A stretch of 63,992 nt of DNA, counting the filler, from an uncultured Myxococcia bacterium (GTDB lineage Bacteria > CAZTWC01): assembly GCA_964617105.1 (NCBI GenBank). It is 5 parts of 5 records of this genome, joined end to end, with 100 filler letters (N's around TTAATTAATTAA, not from the genome) between each part and the next. Parts side by side here need not be neighbours in the genome. Positions count along the whole stretch, not along the records: positions 1 to 14,384 come from CAZTWC010000071.1; positions 14,485 to 28,678 come from CAZTWC010000072.1; 3 more parts are not named here. One strand, 5' to 3'. Positions within the stretch are counted from its first letter, which is position 1; each line of letters starts with the position of its first letter. The notes under the pieces are model-generated. The model was not told where the DNA came from, searched no databases, and saw only the letters and a list, made by a program, of their open reading frames with translations. Both the position numbers and the translations under genes were made by a program. This document shows positions 9,211 to 19,624 of the stretch, piece after piece.

Positions 9211-11526
9211 ATGGATTTTCCCCATTTAATTGCCCAGAAGATGGGCCATGTCAATCAAAACAGTGTAGCCAATACCATAAATTTATTGGATGAGGGGGGG
9301 ACAGTGCCCTTTATCGCCAGGTACCGCAAAGAGAAGACCGGTAGTTTGGACGAGAAAGCCATTTTGGATATTCTGGAGTTCTATACCTATTTTAAAGATT
9401 TATGGAACCGGAAAGAGACTATTTTAAAAACCATTGAGAAACAGGATAGATTGACCCCGCAGTTAAGGGAGCAGATCGAGTCCATACTGGATAAGACAGA
9501 ACTGGAAGACCTGTATTTACCTTATAAACCTAAGCGAAAGACCAGGGCCAGTCAGGCCAGAGAAAAAGGACTTACGCCCCTGGCTGAATTTATTATGGCT
9601 CAGGCAATTAAGGAGACTGAGCAGTCTATAGAACAGGAGGCGGCAAACTATTTGGATCCAGAAAAAGGGGTTAAAAGTCTGGATGACGCTCTGGCCGGCG
9701 CCAGGGATATTATTGCCGAATCGGTAGCTGAGCGGGCCGATTTTAGAAAATATGTTCGCGAATTAACTTTGCGAAAGGGAAGGCTGAAAAGCACAGTAAA
9801 AAAGGGAAAAGAGGATTTAAGAAGCAAATTTGAGGACTATTATGATTTTTCTGAGCAAGTTTCCACTATCCCTTCTCATCGGGTACTGGCGGCTTTTAGA
9901 GGTGAAAAGGAGGAGTTTCTCACCCTTTCAGTGCAGACGCCAGAAGATGAGATAATTATCCATTTGGAGGCCGGGGTTATCCTGGCCGGGGAGAGGAATT
10001 CAGGTTTTAGAACCATTTTACAAGATTCCATTGCCGATGCCTATAAACGATTGATGGCCCCATCCATTGCTAATGATATCAGGGCAGAGTTGAAGAAGCG
10101 GGCCGAAGCATCAGCTATGGATGTTTTTGCAGAAAATACCCGCAACCTGTTGCTTCAACCACCTATGGGCGGCCGGCGGGTACTGGCCATTGATCCTGGT
10201 TTGCGCACCGGCAGCAAGGTGGTGCTGCTCGATGAAACCGGCAAATTTCTTCGCCAGACAGTACTTTTTTTTACCCACTCAGGCCGCAAAGCCAAAGAAG
10301 CGGAAAAAATGCTTAAGGAGCTTATTTATGAATACCAGGTTGAGGTGATAGCCGTTGGTAACGGTACCGGCAGCCGGGAGGCGACCTCTTTTGTTAAGCG
10401 GGTTTTAGGCGTAAATCATATCAGCGATATTCCCTGTGTAGTGGTCAACGAATCGGGGGCTAGCGTATATAGCGCCTCAGAGGTAGCCAGAGAAGAATTT
10501 CCCCGCCTGGATATCACCGCCAGAGGATCTATCAGCATCGGCCGGCGATTAATGGACCCCCTGGCAGAGTTGGTAAAAATCGACCCCAAATCTATCGGGG
10601 TGGGGCAATACCAGTATGATGTAAATCAGGGGCTGCTAAAAAAACGGCTCGATCAGGTAGTGGAATCTTGCGTTAATTACGTGGGCGTGGACCTGAATAC
10701 CTCCAGCGTGCAACTACTTAAATATGTGGCTGGGATCAATAAGGCTCAGGCTGCCAATATTATAAACTATCGTCAACAAAGAGGAGTTTTTACCAATAAA
10801 ACCATGTTGCTGCAGGTTCCCAAATTTGGGGAAAAGAGTTTTGAGCAAGCCGCCGGTTTTTTAAGGATCAGGAATGGGGATTCCCCGCTGGACAACACCG
10901 CAGTTCATCCGGAAACTTATCCATTGGTAGAAAAGATGGCTTTTGACGGCAATATTTCGGTGCCAGAGTTGATTGGCAACCAAAACTACCTGGACTCGGT
11001 GGATGTGGAAAAATATGTCACCAGCCAGGTGGGGTTACCCACCGTCAGGGATATTATTACCGAGTTGAAACAACCGGGCCGGGACCCTCGTCAGAAGTTT
11101 GAGCCGCCCCCTTTTGAAGAGGGGGTAACCCAGATGTCTCATTTGAAAGAGGGGATGGCATTAAATGGAATAGTAACCAATGTGACCGATTTTGGTGCTT
11201 TTGTGGATTTGGGAGTTCACCAGGACGGTTTGGTACATAAATCAAATATGGCGGATTATTTTGTCAGCCGGCCGGCGGAAGTGGTAAAGGTTGGCGAAGT
11301 GGTGGCGGTCAAAGTGCTGGAGGTGGATCTGGAGCGCAAACGGATATCTCTTACTATGCGTGATGTTGATGCCCAAAAAGCGGTGGTGCCGGAAGATAAA
11401 ATAGGCAAGGGTTCCAAATTCAACAAAAAGGGTGATAAAAAGGGTGACAAAAAGGGAAAAAAAGCGGCCAGGGGAGGATATGCCAACCGGCCTTTTGCCG
11501 ATTTGCTAGGTAAGTTGAAATCATAA
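9211..11526 (+). CDS. tex: Tex-family RNA-binding transcriptional accessory protein
   Basis: TVPFIARYRKE, IDPGLRTG, ESGASVYSAS, DPKSIGVGQYQ, C-terminal S1 domain. Confidence 0.95.
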   Translation: MDFPHLIAQKMGHVNQNSVANTINLLDEGGTVPFIARYRKEKTGSLDEKAILDILEFYTYFKDLWNRKETILKTIEKQDRLTPQLREQIESILDKTELEDLYLPYKPKRKTRASQAREKGLTPLAEFIMAQAIKETEQSIEQEAANYLDPEKGVKSLDDALAGARDIIAESVAERADFRKYVRELTLRKGRLKSTVKKGKEDLRSKFEDYYDFSEQVSTIPSHRVLAAFRGEKEEFLTLSVQTPEDEIIIHLEAGVILAGERNSGFRTILQDSIADAYKRLMAPSIANDIRAELKKRAEASAMDVFAENTRNLLLQPPMGGRRVLAIDPGLRTGSKVVLLDETGKFLRQTVLFFTHSGRKAKEAEKMLKELIYEYQVEVIAVGNGTGSREATSFVKRVLGVNHISDIPCVVVNESGASVYSASEVAREEFPRLDITARGSISIGRRLMDPLAELVKIDPKSIGVGQYQYDVNQGLLKKRLDQVVESCVNYVGVDLNTSSVQLLKYVAGINKAQAANIINYRQQRGVFTNKTMLLQVPKFGEKSFEQAAGFLRIRNGDSPLDNTAVHPETYPLVEKMAFDGNISVPELIGNQNYLDSVDVEKYVTSQVGLPTVRDIITELKQPGRDPRQKFEPPPFEEGVTQMSHLKEGMALNGIVTNVTDFGAFVDLGVHQDGLVHKSNMADYFVSRPAEVVKVGEVVAVKVLEVDLERKRISLTMRDVDAQKAVVPEDKIGKGSKFNKKGDKKGDKKGKKAARGGYANRPFADLLGKLKS

Positions 11527-11527
11527 A

Positions 11528-11556
11528 TTGACTTTTTAAATAAGCGGAGATAATAT
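11528..11556 (+). promoter_or_regulatory. Putative sigma70 promoter for 11606..12550
   Basis: TTGACT-N17-TAATAT. Confidence 0.5.
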
Positions 11557-11605
11557 AACCTACACTCAGCAATTATAAAAGGATAGGATTTTTGGAGAAA
11601 AAACA

Positions 11606-12550
11606 ATGAAATCAACTGTTAAGTACTACCTGGCCTTTTTAGTAACTCCCATATTGTTACTGGTTTTGACGTTCCCTGTTTATGCCAATAAAAATGATAT
11701 CCATTTACGGATGCTGGTTCGTCCCACCCCGGACCAAGTCCCTCAGATACCTAATTATTTGGGTAACTATAATTTGGAAAGCCACGATAAATTCAAGTCG
11801 CTGATAAACGAGTTGGGGATGGTCTTTAGTCCTAAATTTTTAGCCCCAGCCACCACTCTTGGTTTAAACGGCTTTGCGGTGGGGATGAGTTTCTCATTTA
11901 ATAATATTAACAACACCGCCGACTATTGGCAGGTAACAGAATCTGTTTTTTCCAACAAAAAACCATCCTCTGTTTTGACTACTATGCAGATGAGCATGCG
12001 CAAGGGATTGCCCCTGAGTTTCGAAGTGGAAACCACTTTTACCAACCTTCTTTATAGCAATATGTACGCAGTGGGTGGTAGTTTGAAGTGGAGTTTGAAC
12101 GAAGGTTTTTACATGATACCCGATTTCGCTGTACGAGGCAGTATCAACACTTTGATGAGTTCCAGGGATATTATGCTTACCACCGCAGGATTTGACCTGA
12201 CCGCTTCTAAACAGTGGAGTTTTCTAGGTATAATTTCTATTGCCCCTTATGCCGGTTACAACCTGTTAGGAGTAGATGCTTACTCCAAACTGATAGATCC
12301 TACTCCCGAGAGAAGCGATGACGGTAACGAGGAAATGCCCGACACCGAAGAAAAATGGGATGAAGATTGGAAAGCCGACAAAAAAGCTGGCGATTTTGTC
12401 TTTCGGCGGGAAAGCATGGGCAATAACCTGCATCAACGCGCTTTTGTAGGCCTGATGTTTAAAGTACTCTTTGTATCTTTAACCATGGACGGTAGTTTTT
12501 CCAGCAATTCGATGCGTGCATATAATGTGAAGCTAGCCTTCGATTTCTGA
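11606..12550 (+). CDS. Putative outer-membrane beta-barrel protein, unknown function
   Basis: Signal peptide (VYA), amphipathic beta-strand pattern, C-terminal ...KLAFDF. Confidence 0.7.
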   Translation: MKSTVKYYLAFLVTPILLLVLTFPVYANKNDIHLRMLVRPTPDQVPQIPNYLGNYNLESHDKFKSLINELGMVFSPKFLAPATTLGLNGFAVGMSFSFNNINNTADYWQVTESVFSNKKPSSVLTTMQMSMRKGLPLSFEVETTFTNLLYSNMYAVGGSLKWSLNEGFYMIPDFAVRGSINTLMSSRDIMLTTAGFDLTASKQWSFLGIISIAPYAGYNLLGVDAYSKLIDPTPERSDDGNEEMPDTEEKWDEDWKADKKAGDFVFRRESMGNNLHQRAFVGLMFKVLFVSLTMDGSFSSNSMRAYNVKLAFDF

Positions 12551-12701
12551 GTTCCGATAACTGCACATCTGCGGACGCCGACGTAGGAGGTGATCCCTTT
12601 AGGGACGTTGCCTTTCGTCATTTAATCCTCGACGTATTAGCATACGCCTGCGGTTAAATGACTTCAGGCGCCTTGCATCTGCACAGTTCTCGAAACTCAG
12701 A
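12546..12701. repeat. Dispersed palindromic element, copy 2, with nested insertion
   Basis: Terminal IR TCTGAGTTCCGATAACTG / CAGTTCTCGAAACTCAGA; core CCTCGACGTAT-TAGC-ATACGCCTGCGG; GGACG direct repeats at 12573 and 12603 flank 25 extra nt. Confidence 0.85.
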
Positions 12702-12716
12702 GAGTTCCGGTTGTCT

Positions 12717-13670
12717 TTAGGAGAAGTTCTTTTCCAGATATTCTAGTGCATCATGATAATCTTGTGGTAGGGGGGCGCTGATTTTTATTGGCTCTTCTGT
12801 GCCTGGGTGTATAAACTCTATGCTCAGCGCATGCAATGCCAGCCTCTCCATGGTCTTTTTCAAACCATTAAACTCTTTTTTACGATAAAATCTGGCCAGG
12901 CGTCTCTGGCCATATAGGCTGTCTGACAGTAATGGAAACAGGTGTTCACAACAGTGGACCCGGATTTGGTGGGTTCGACCGGTCTGAGGGCGCACCTCTA
13001 GTTCAGTCACCCCGGCAAAACGCCTTTTTACTTGCCATAGAGTATGAGCCTGGCGCCCTTTCTCCACCCGGGAAGAGAATAGTTTACGTTCTTTGGGATG
13101 CCGGTCAAAAAAAGAGATTATCTCCCCCTGGTTATCTTTCACAGCGCCCGCCACCAGGCATAGATAGGTTTTTTTTATTTGCCGCTGGGAAAACAGGTTG
13201 GAAAGCCGTAGGTGAGTGGGGTCGTTTTTGCTTACCAGGATCACTCCGCTGGTTTCTCTATCCAGACGGTGGACAATGCCGGGACGTAATTTGCCGCCAA
13301 TACCGGACAGATCCCGGCAATGGAAAAGCAGGGCATTGACCAGGGTGCCTAAGTGGTGCCCTACCGCCGGATGGACCACCATGCCAGCGGGTTTGTTAAT
13401 AGCGATTATATCTTTATCCTCAAACAAGATTTCCAGGGGCAAATCTTGTGATATGGCCTCCAGAGGTTCTGGATCAGGGATAGTAACCGTAATTTGTTGC
13501 CCCGGGCTCAGGGAGGATGATGGCCTGGCCTTACGTCCTTGTATCAACACTTTACCTGCCAGAATGAGTTTTTTACCAAAAGATCTGCTCAACTGAGGGC
13601 AGTTTTGAGCCACAAACTGGTCCAGCCGGCCGTTATAGTTATCATTGACTGTAAATTTAACAATTTCCAT
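12717..13670 (-). CDS. rluD: RluA-family 23S rRNA pseudouridine synthase
   Basis: N-terminal S4 domain, NKPAGMVVHP, HRLDRETSG, TGRTHQIRVH. Confidence 0.92.
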   Translation of the reverse strand: MEIVKFTVNDNYNGRLDQFVAQNCPQLSRSFGKKLILAGKVLIQGRKARPSSSLSPGQQITVTIPDPEPLEAISQDLPLEILFEDKDIIAINKPAGMVVHPAVGHHLGTLVNALLFHCRDLSGIGGKLRPGIVHRLDRETSGVILVSKNDPTHLRLSNLFSQRQIKKTYLCLVAGAVKDNQGEIISFFDRHPKERKLFSSRVEKGRQAHTLWQVKRRFAGVTELEVRPQTGRTHQIRVHCCEHLFPLLSDSLYGQRRLARFYRKKEFNGLKKTMERLALHALSIEFIHPGTEEPIKISAPLPQDYHDALEYLEKNFS

Positions 13671-14001
13671 TTTAGCAACCGGTCTATTTATGATCTCTTC
13701 CTGAAAAGTCGCCAGACGTCATGCTGCCAACGAAGATTGATTATTTATAATACCAATGGAGTATAATATCAACTGATTTTCGGCACCACCTGTCCAGTGC
13801 GCCCGAAGGAAGTGCCCTGGGGGGGCACCCGGGTTGGTTTCGAGGTTGAAATTTGCCACAAGTAGAAATACTTATCTGGCTTTGCTATTGACATTTAATG
13901 AAAAAGCGATAATAAAGACTCATCTTGATTTTTTGATAGCCCGGGCCGGAGAGCGGGTATGGACAAAATGGTAAACACCTTTGATAAAGGAAAATATATT
14001 C

Positions 14002-14384
14002 ATGGAAAATAATAACTGGATAGTAATGAAATTTGGCGGCACCAGTGTTTCAACCAGGAAAAGTTGGCAGACTATAGGTGATATTTTACAAAAACGTATC
14101 CAACACGGTCACCGGGTGTTATTGGTCTGTTCCGCTGTAGCCGGTATGACCAATGCCCTGGAACAGTTGTTGGTGGAGGCAGTGCATGGAGATTTTAAAC
14201 CGGTTCTGGAGGAGATAAAAACAGGTTATCATAGGTTGGCTGAAGAGTTGGGATTGGCAGGCACTTTACTGGAAAATGATTTCCAGGAATTATACCGCCT
14301 GGTGCTGGGTGTTTCGTTGGTTGGAGAGTTAACTACCCGCCAGGAAGCCAGGATTTTGAGTTACGGAGAGGTGATGGCCACCAG
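14002..14384 (+). CDS. lysC: Aspartate kinase N-terminus (truncated by contig end; possibly the bifunctional AK/DAP-decarboxylase type)
   Basis: WIVMKFGGTSV, VCSAVAGMTNAL, ILSYGEVMAT. Confidence 0.85.
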
Positions 14385-14484
14385 NNNNNNNNNNNNNNNN
14401 NNNNNNNNNNNNNNNNNNNNNNNNNNNNTTAATTAATTAANNNNNNNNNNNNNNNNNNNNNNNNNNNNNNNNNNNNNNNNNNNN
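14385..14484. other. Artificial contig linker
   Basis: N44-TTAATTAATTAA-N44 (stop codons in all frames). Confidence 0.98.
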
Positions 14485-14891
14485 ATATCGAAGTATTGTT
14501 TAATCATCGTATCAGGAATTTAGATGATATAATTGATATTCCTGGAGAGAATTTTACTGATTTGCCAACCATTTCGGAGGGATTGACGGCTACCATGAAG
14601 GAGAGAGCCGTTCTTTTAAAGGAAAGATTGGTTGAGGAACAGGCGAATGGTTTAGTAGAAGATAAGAAACCGGAGGAGGAAGAGAAAAGCGATCAGTTAA
14701 CCGATGAAGAAAAATTGCTGCGGCTGGATGGAATAGATAGTAATGTAATAGTTCAATTGAAACTGGGAGGGTACCATTCGGTAGAGCACCTGTTAAGGAT
14801 TGGAAATGCCGAAGAATTAGCAGAATCAACCGGTCTTGACGAGATAATTGCCAACCAGATATTTCAATCGGTTGTCCAGATAAATCAGTGA
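14485..14891 (+). CDS. nusA: NusA C-terminal acidic HhH repeat region (5'-truncated)
   Basis: Acidic HhH-like repeats (LDGID...LKLGGYHSVE...TGLDE) directly upstream of ylxR-infB. Confidence 0.7.
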
Positions 14892-14904
14892 GGATTATTG
14901 GTTT

Positions 14905-15132
14905 GTGAAGAAAGCGTCAATAAGAACGTGTATAAATTGCAGGACAAAGGTGCCTAAAAAAGAGTTGCATAGAATTGTACTGCTGGATGGAGATATTGTT
15001 TTTGACCAAAACCATAATATGGGAGGGCGGGGAGCCTATATATGCAACACCCATAATTGTTTAGAAGTCTTAAATAAAAGGAAGATCATTTTTAAAGCAT
15101 TTAGGGTCCGTAAAGGAGGCCCCTTAGAGTAA
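14905..15132 (+). CDS. ylxR: YlxR/RnpM (DUF448) family protein
   Basis: RTCINCR, GRGAYIC; canonical position between nusA and infB. Confidence 0.9.
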   Translation: MKKASIRTCINCRTKVPKKELHRIVLLDGDIVFDQNHNMGGRGAYICNTHNCLEVLNKRKIIFKAFRVRKGGPLE

Positions 15133-15154
15133 AAAAGCGCAAGGAGATTGCTTG

Positions 15155-17794
15155 ATGGCGACAATGCGAGTCTACGAGATAGCCAGGCAGCTGGGGATCG
15201 ACTGTAAAGAGTTACTAATTAAACTCGGGCGAATGGGTTATGATGTCAAATACCACAATAGTACCATTGAAGAAGAAGAGGCTAACAAGATAGTAAGCGA
15301 ACTGGATCAGGAAAAAAAGACTCAATTTGTTGAGAAGCGTATCGGCAGGGGGATAATCCGGAGGAGACGGGTTCCCACTAGCGCACCTCCAAAAGAACCG
15401 ACGCCTCCCCAGGCACCACCATCCCCTCCACTGGAAAAGATGCAAGTTCAGTCCCTGTCCCTGGAGAGGTTGGACAAGATATCTGGTAAACTTGAAGAAG
15501 TTACTGAGCCCAGGTTAGTAGAAGAAGAGGTGAAGAAAGAGCCAGAAATGGTTCCTGAGTTGAAAAAGGTGGAAGAGGAGATTAAGGTTCCTTCTGAAGA
15601 AAAAGTAAAAGAGGAGGAGGTTGAAGATAAACCGGTAATAGCGACTCGCAAGGTTCCGGAATTAACCAGGATTAAAATTGTAGAGCCAAGAGTTGTTAAA
15701 AAGCCTAAAAAGGTTGAAACTAAACCTGCGGCAGAAAAAACGGAGAAAAATAAAAAAGAGGAAGTTGTTCAGCAGGATAAAAAGGATGCTAAAGCTGTAG
15801 CCCCGGTATTGGGAAAATCGCCCAAGATAGATGAAAAGATTTTAAAGAGGATAGATGCGGATGAAGCAGCTAAGAAGGCCAGGCGGAAGAGTTTTAAAAA
15901 GCGGCAAATAGCGAGGGATGATACAGAGGATTTGGTGGGTCGTGTCTATATTCCGCCCCAGAAAGGCAAACGGAAAAAGGTCTTAAAAAAGACGGCTAAG
16001 AGGACCGAGATCACTGTGCCAAAAGCTATTAAGCGGATTATTAAGGTTGAGGAATTCATCAGTATGGGTGATTTGGCACACCGTATGGGGGTTAAAGGCA
16101 CCGAGTTGATGAAAGAGTTTATGAAGGCTGGCAAGATGTATACTATCAACCAGCAACTGGACTATGATACTGCCAAAGAGATCGCCCAAAAGTATAATTA
16201 CCAGGTTGAGAGTGTGGTTTTCAATGTGTCCGATTATCTGGAAGAGAAGGTCGAAGACCGGGAAGAACATTTGGAGGAAAGGTCGCCTATCGTTACCATT
16301 ATGGGACATGTGGATCATGGAAAAACTACTTTACTCGATGCTATTAGAAACACACGGGTGGCAGAGAGAGAAGATGGCGGAATTACTCAGAGTATCGGTG
16401 CTTATGCAGTTGAAAATAAAGGCCGTAAAATAACCTTTATTGACACTCCGGGCCATGAGGCTTTTACTGCCATGCGGGCCAGGGGAAGTAAAGTGACCGA
16501 TATCGTGGTGCTGGTGGTGGCTGCTGATGATGGTATCAAGCCGCAAACCATAGAGGCCATCAACCATGCCAAGGCGGCTGGTGTGCCTATTGTTATAGCC
16601 ATAAATAAGATGGATAAAGCCGGAGCAAATCCTAACAAAGTGATGCAGGATTTAACCGAATATGAGTTGATCCCCGAAGATTGGGGCGGCGATATAATTT
16701 GTTGTCAGGTATCGGCCAAAGAGAAACAGGGCCTGGAAAATCTGCTGGAGATGATACTTTTGCAGGCAGAGATATTGGAAATAAAAGCCAATCCTAACAA
16801 AAGGGCAAAAGCCATCATTATCGAGTCAAAACTGGATAAGTTTCGTGGCCCCTTAACTAGTTTGGTGGTTCAAGAGGGGACTCTGCATTTGGGAGATCCT
16901 CTGGTGTCCGGTTGTATTTCCGGTAAAGTAAGAGCCATGATCAACGATTTTGGGAAAAAGATAACCAAAGCCGGGCCCTCAGAACCGGTGGAAGTTCTGG
17001 GCTTTAACGGTGTTCCAGGCGCTGGCGACTCCGTTTATGTGGTGAAGGACGAAAAGATTGCCAAAACTATCTGCACCCACTATCAGGATAAGCAAAAGGC
17101 TGCGGTCAGTCACGACAATAATTCGGCTATGACTTTGGACAGCCTCTATGCCCAGTTGGACGCAAAACAGGAAAAGAAATTCAGGGTTATAATTAAGGCT
17201 GATGTTCAAGGGTCCCTGGAGGCTATTGGAGTAGCCCTGGAGAAGATTAAGGTGGGGGATATTTCTGTAGAAATAGTGCACAAGGGAGTTGGCGGGATCA
17301 ATGAGCGGGATGTAATTCTTGCTTCTGCATCGGAATGTGTAGTAATCGGATTTAATGTCAAATCGGAGATAAATGCTCAGAGCGTGGCGGAAAAGGAGAA
17401 TGTAACCCTTAAGATTTTCTCGATTATTTATGACTTAATTGATGAGGTTACTTTTAATCTTCAGTCCATGCTTGAGCCAGTATTCAAAGAGAAAGTGATC
17501 GGCAAGGCTGAGATTAGGGATGTTTTTGATATTGCCAAACTTGGTAAAGCCGCCGGTGTATCGGTCTTGGAAGGCAAGCTGATCAGAGGTTGTTACATTA
17601 AGTTGATGCGCAAGAGCCAGGTCCTTTTTGAAGGCAGAATGGCATCCTTAAAACGCTTTAAAGATGATGTTAAAGAGGTTACCACCGGATATGAATGTGG
17701 TGTTACCCTTGATTATTATAGTGATTACCAGGAAGGAGATCACTTGGTGGCTATTGAAAAAGTAAAAGTCGCCATTGAACAACCGGGACAGTAA
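15155..17794 (+). CDS. infB: Translation initiation factor IF-2
   Basis: MRVYEIA N-terminus, [31 protein letters not shown]. Confidence 0.98.
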   Translation: MATMRVYEIARQLGIDCKELLIKLGRMGYDVKYHNSTIEEEEANKIVSELDQEKKTQFVEKRIGRGIIRRRRVPTSAPPKEPTPPQAPPSPPLEKMQVQSLSLERLDKISGKLEEVTEPRLVEEEVKKEPEMVPELKKVEEEIKVPSEEKVKEEEVEDKPVIATRKVPELTRIKIVEPRVVKKPKKVETKPAAEKTEKNKKEEVVQQDKKDAKAVAPVLGKSPKIDEKILKRIDADEAAKKARRKSFKKRQIARDDTEDLVGRVYIPPQKGKRKKVLKKTAKRTEITVPKAIKRIIKVEEFISMGDLAHRMGVKGTELMKEFMKAGKMYTINQQLDYDTAKEIAQKYNYQVESVVFNVSDYLEEKVEDREEHLEERSPIVTIMGHVDHGKTTLLDAIRNTRVAEREDGGITQSIGAYAVENKGRKITFIDTPGHEAFTAMRARGSKVTDIVVLVVAADDGIKPQTIEAINHAKAAGVPIVIAINKMDKAGANPNKVMQDLTEYELIPEDWGGDIICCQVSAKEKQGLENLLEMILLQAEILEIKANPNKRAKAIIIESKLDKFRGPLTSLVVQEGTLHLGDPLVSGCISGKVRAMINDFGKKITKAGPSEPVEVLGFNGVPGAGDSVYVVKDEKIAKTICTHYQDKQKAAVSHDNNSAMTLDSLYAQLDAKQEKKFRVIIKADVQGSLEAIGVALEKIKVGDISVEIVHKGVGGINERDVILASASECVVIGFNVKSEINAQSVAEKENVTLKIFSIIYDLIDEVTFNLQSMLEPVFKEKVIGKAEIRDVFDIAKLGKAAGVSVLEGKLIRGCYIKLMRKSQVLFEGRMASLKRFKDDVKEVTTGYECGVTLDYYSDYQEGDHLVAIEKVKVAIEQPGQ

Positions 17795-17838
17795 CTCTCT
17801 GCCATTTCCGTTGAGAACTTTATTGTGAATAGGGCTAG

Positions 17839-18129
17839 TTGGTGGTTATTGGCGTAGGTAAAATATATTTTCGTTTGCCTGGGAATCGTTCTCTGAAGGG
17901 GAAACGGCAAGTAGTAAAAAAAATTTTATCCCGGGTCAGGGCGAAGTATAATGTTTCTATATCTGAGGTGGGAGACAATGATATTGTCCAAAGGGCGGTG
18001 ATTGGTATTACTACAGTGGGAAATCAGGAACAGCACATACAATCTACCATGCAAAATGTGCTTGATAGCATTTACCAATATAATTTGGCTGAAATACTAG
18101 ATGAATCCATAGAGATTATACATCTTTAG
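17839..18129 (+). CDS. DUF503 (YlxP-like) protein
   Basis: SLKGKRQVVK, YNVSISEV; between infB and rbfA. Confidence 0.9.
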   Translation: MVVIGVGKIYFRLPGNRSLKGKRQVVKKILSRVRAKYNVSISEVGDNDIVQRAVIGITTVGNQEQHIQSTMQNVLDSIYQYNLAEILDESIEIIHL

Positions 18130-18213
18130 GGAGCCCTTAGTAACAATTTACGCTCAAATTGTTGCTCCAAGCATCGGCGAAACCAGTAATCAAATTATAT
18201 TATATGTGAGATT

Positions 18214-18564
18214 ATGGAATACAAAAGAGCAGACCGCGTAGCGGTAGAAATTCAGAGGATATTAAGTCAGTTGCTTCTGCGGGGATTAAAAGACCCCAGG
18301 TGCCAGGATATGACCATTACCAGTGTGAAATTGAGTGATGATTTAAAAACCGGCCGGGTTTATTTTGTTGGTTCTAAAGAGATGGCGGATGAGGCGATAG
18401 AAGGTTTTAACAGTGCTTCCGGCTTTATTTACCGTAACCTGCGTAAAGAATTGCACATGAAGTTTACTCCGTCATTAAGGTTTTATTTTGATGATTCTTT
18501 TGATTATGCCGATAAAATAGAGTCCCTCCTGGGTCAGGTAAGAGAAAGAGAAGGATGGGAGTAA
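18214..18564 (+). CDS. rbfA: Ribosome-binding factor A
   Basis: RADRVA, LKDPR, FTPSLRFYFD. Confidence 0.96.
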   Translation: MEYKRADRVAVEIQRILSQLLLRGLKDPRCQDMTITSVKLSDDLKTGRVYFVGSKEMADEAIEGFNSASGFIYRNLRKELHMKFTPSLRFYFDDSFDYADKIESLLGQVREREGWE

Positions 18565-18570
18565 AGCATA

Positions 18571-19539
18571 ATGAGTAATGTAATAGATAGTATAGTATCT
18601 ACTATTGTTAATACCAACAAATTTTTAGTCACTTTCCATAACAACCCCGATGGCGATGCTATGGGTTCCGGTTTGGCAATAACCTTAAAACTCTTGCAAA
18701 TGGGCAAAAAAGTAACCCTCTATTGCCAGGACCAGGTACCATACAATTACCGATTTTTACCGGGAAGTGAGCGGTTGGAAACCTTGTTGGCGGATGGGGA
18801 AAATTTTGAGGCATCTATAGTGCTGGACTGCAATGAAGTGCAGCGGTTGGGAGATGATTTTCCCGCCGAAAAAGCCCGGCTAGGTAAACTGATTGTAATA
18901 GATCATCACCTGGATCCAACCGGTATGGGAGATATAAACTATCTTGATCCCAAGGCATCTTCGGTAGGAGAGATGCTCTTTGATGTGATTTGCAAGTTAC
19001 CGGGAGAGATGGATAGAGATATGGCCATCAACCTCTACTGTTCCATATTGACCGATACCGGTGGCTTCAAATACTCCAATACCTCTGCCAGGGCTATGAA
19101 AACTGCGGCCGAGTTGTTAATGTTTGATATTAATCCCTGGGAGATATCTTCGGCTGTTTACGAAAATCAACCCTTAAACCGGTTGACGTTATTGGCCGAA
19201 GTGTTAGGTACCTTGGAGATGGGCTGTCAAAATAGATGTGCAGTTTTATTCATTACCCGGGAGATGTTTGATAAAAATCGGGCCGATGCTTCCATGATCG
19301 ATGGTTTTGTCAATTATGCCCGTTCCATTCAAGGAGTTGAAGTGGCGGCCTTGGTTTATAGCCTTAAAGATGACTCTTACAAAGTGAGCATGCGTTCACG
19401 CGGGGTTATTAATGTGGCCGCGATAGCGAAACAATTTGGTGGTGGAGGGCACTATAATGCCGGTGGTTTTAGACTGGATATTGGACTTGAAGATATAAAG
19501 AAAGTTATTTTCCAGGAGACTGAGAAGGTTTTACCGTAG
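18571..19539 (+). CDS. nrnA: DHH-family oligoribonuclease/pAp phosphatase (NrnA)
   Basis: HNNPDGD, IDHH, DTGGF, VSMRS, GGGGH. Confidence 0.92.
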   Translation: MSNVIDSIVSTIVNTNKFLVTFHNNPDGDAMGSGLAITLKLLQMGKKVTLYCQDQVPYNYRFLPGSERLETLLADGENFEASIVLDCNEVQRLGDDFPAEKARLGKLIVIDHHLDPTGMGDINYLDPKASSVGEMLFDVICKLPGEMDRDMAINLYCSILTDTGGFKYSNTSARAMKTAAELLMFDINPWEISSAVYENQPLNRLTLLAEVLGTLEMGCQNRCAVLFITREMFDKNRADASMIDGFVNYARSIQGVEVAALVYSLKDDSYKVSMRSRGVINVAAIAKQFGGGGHYNAGGFRLDIGLEDIKKVIFQETEKVLP

Positions 19540-19624
19540 GAGGTGTCGAACCGAATGGAAATTTCTGGAAAATAATGATTGGGATAATGAAGTGAAGCCC
19601 CTTTCGCAGATATTAGGCTGATTT

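Noticed and set aside
11425-11460. 12-nt tandem repeat AAAAAGGGTGAY in tex
   Set aside because: Encodes a low-complexity KKGD tail; unremarkable.
13769-14001. Lysine riboswitch upstream of aspartokinase
   Set aside because: Conserved lysine-riboswitch motifs and length are not evident.
14385-14484. Repeated TTAATTAATTAA palindrome within N runs (four times)
   Set aside because: Artificial all-frame-stop contig linker; not biological, and gene truncations beside it are not pseudogenes.
18142-18169. Hairpin AGTAACAATTT/AAATTGTTGCT between DUF503 and rbfA
   Set aside because: Short, AT-rich, lacks the family core; likely an ordinary processing or pause hairpin.
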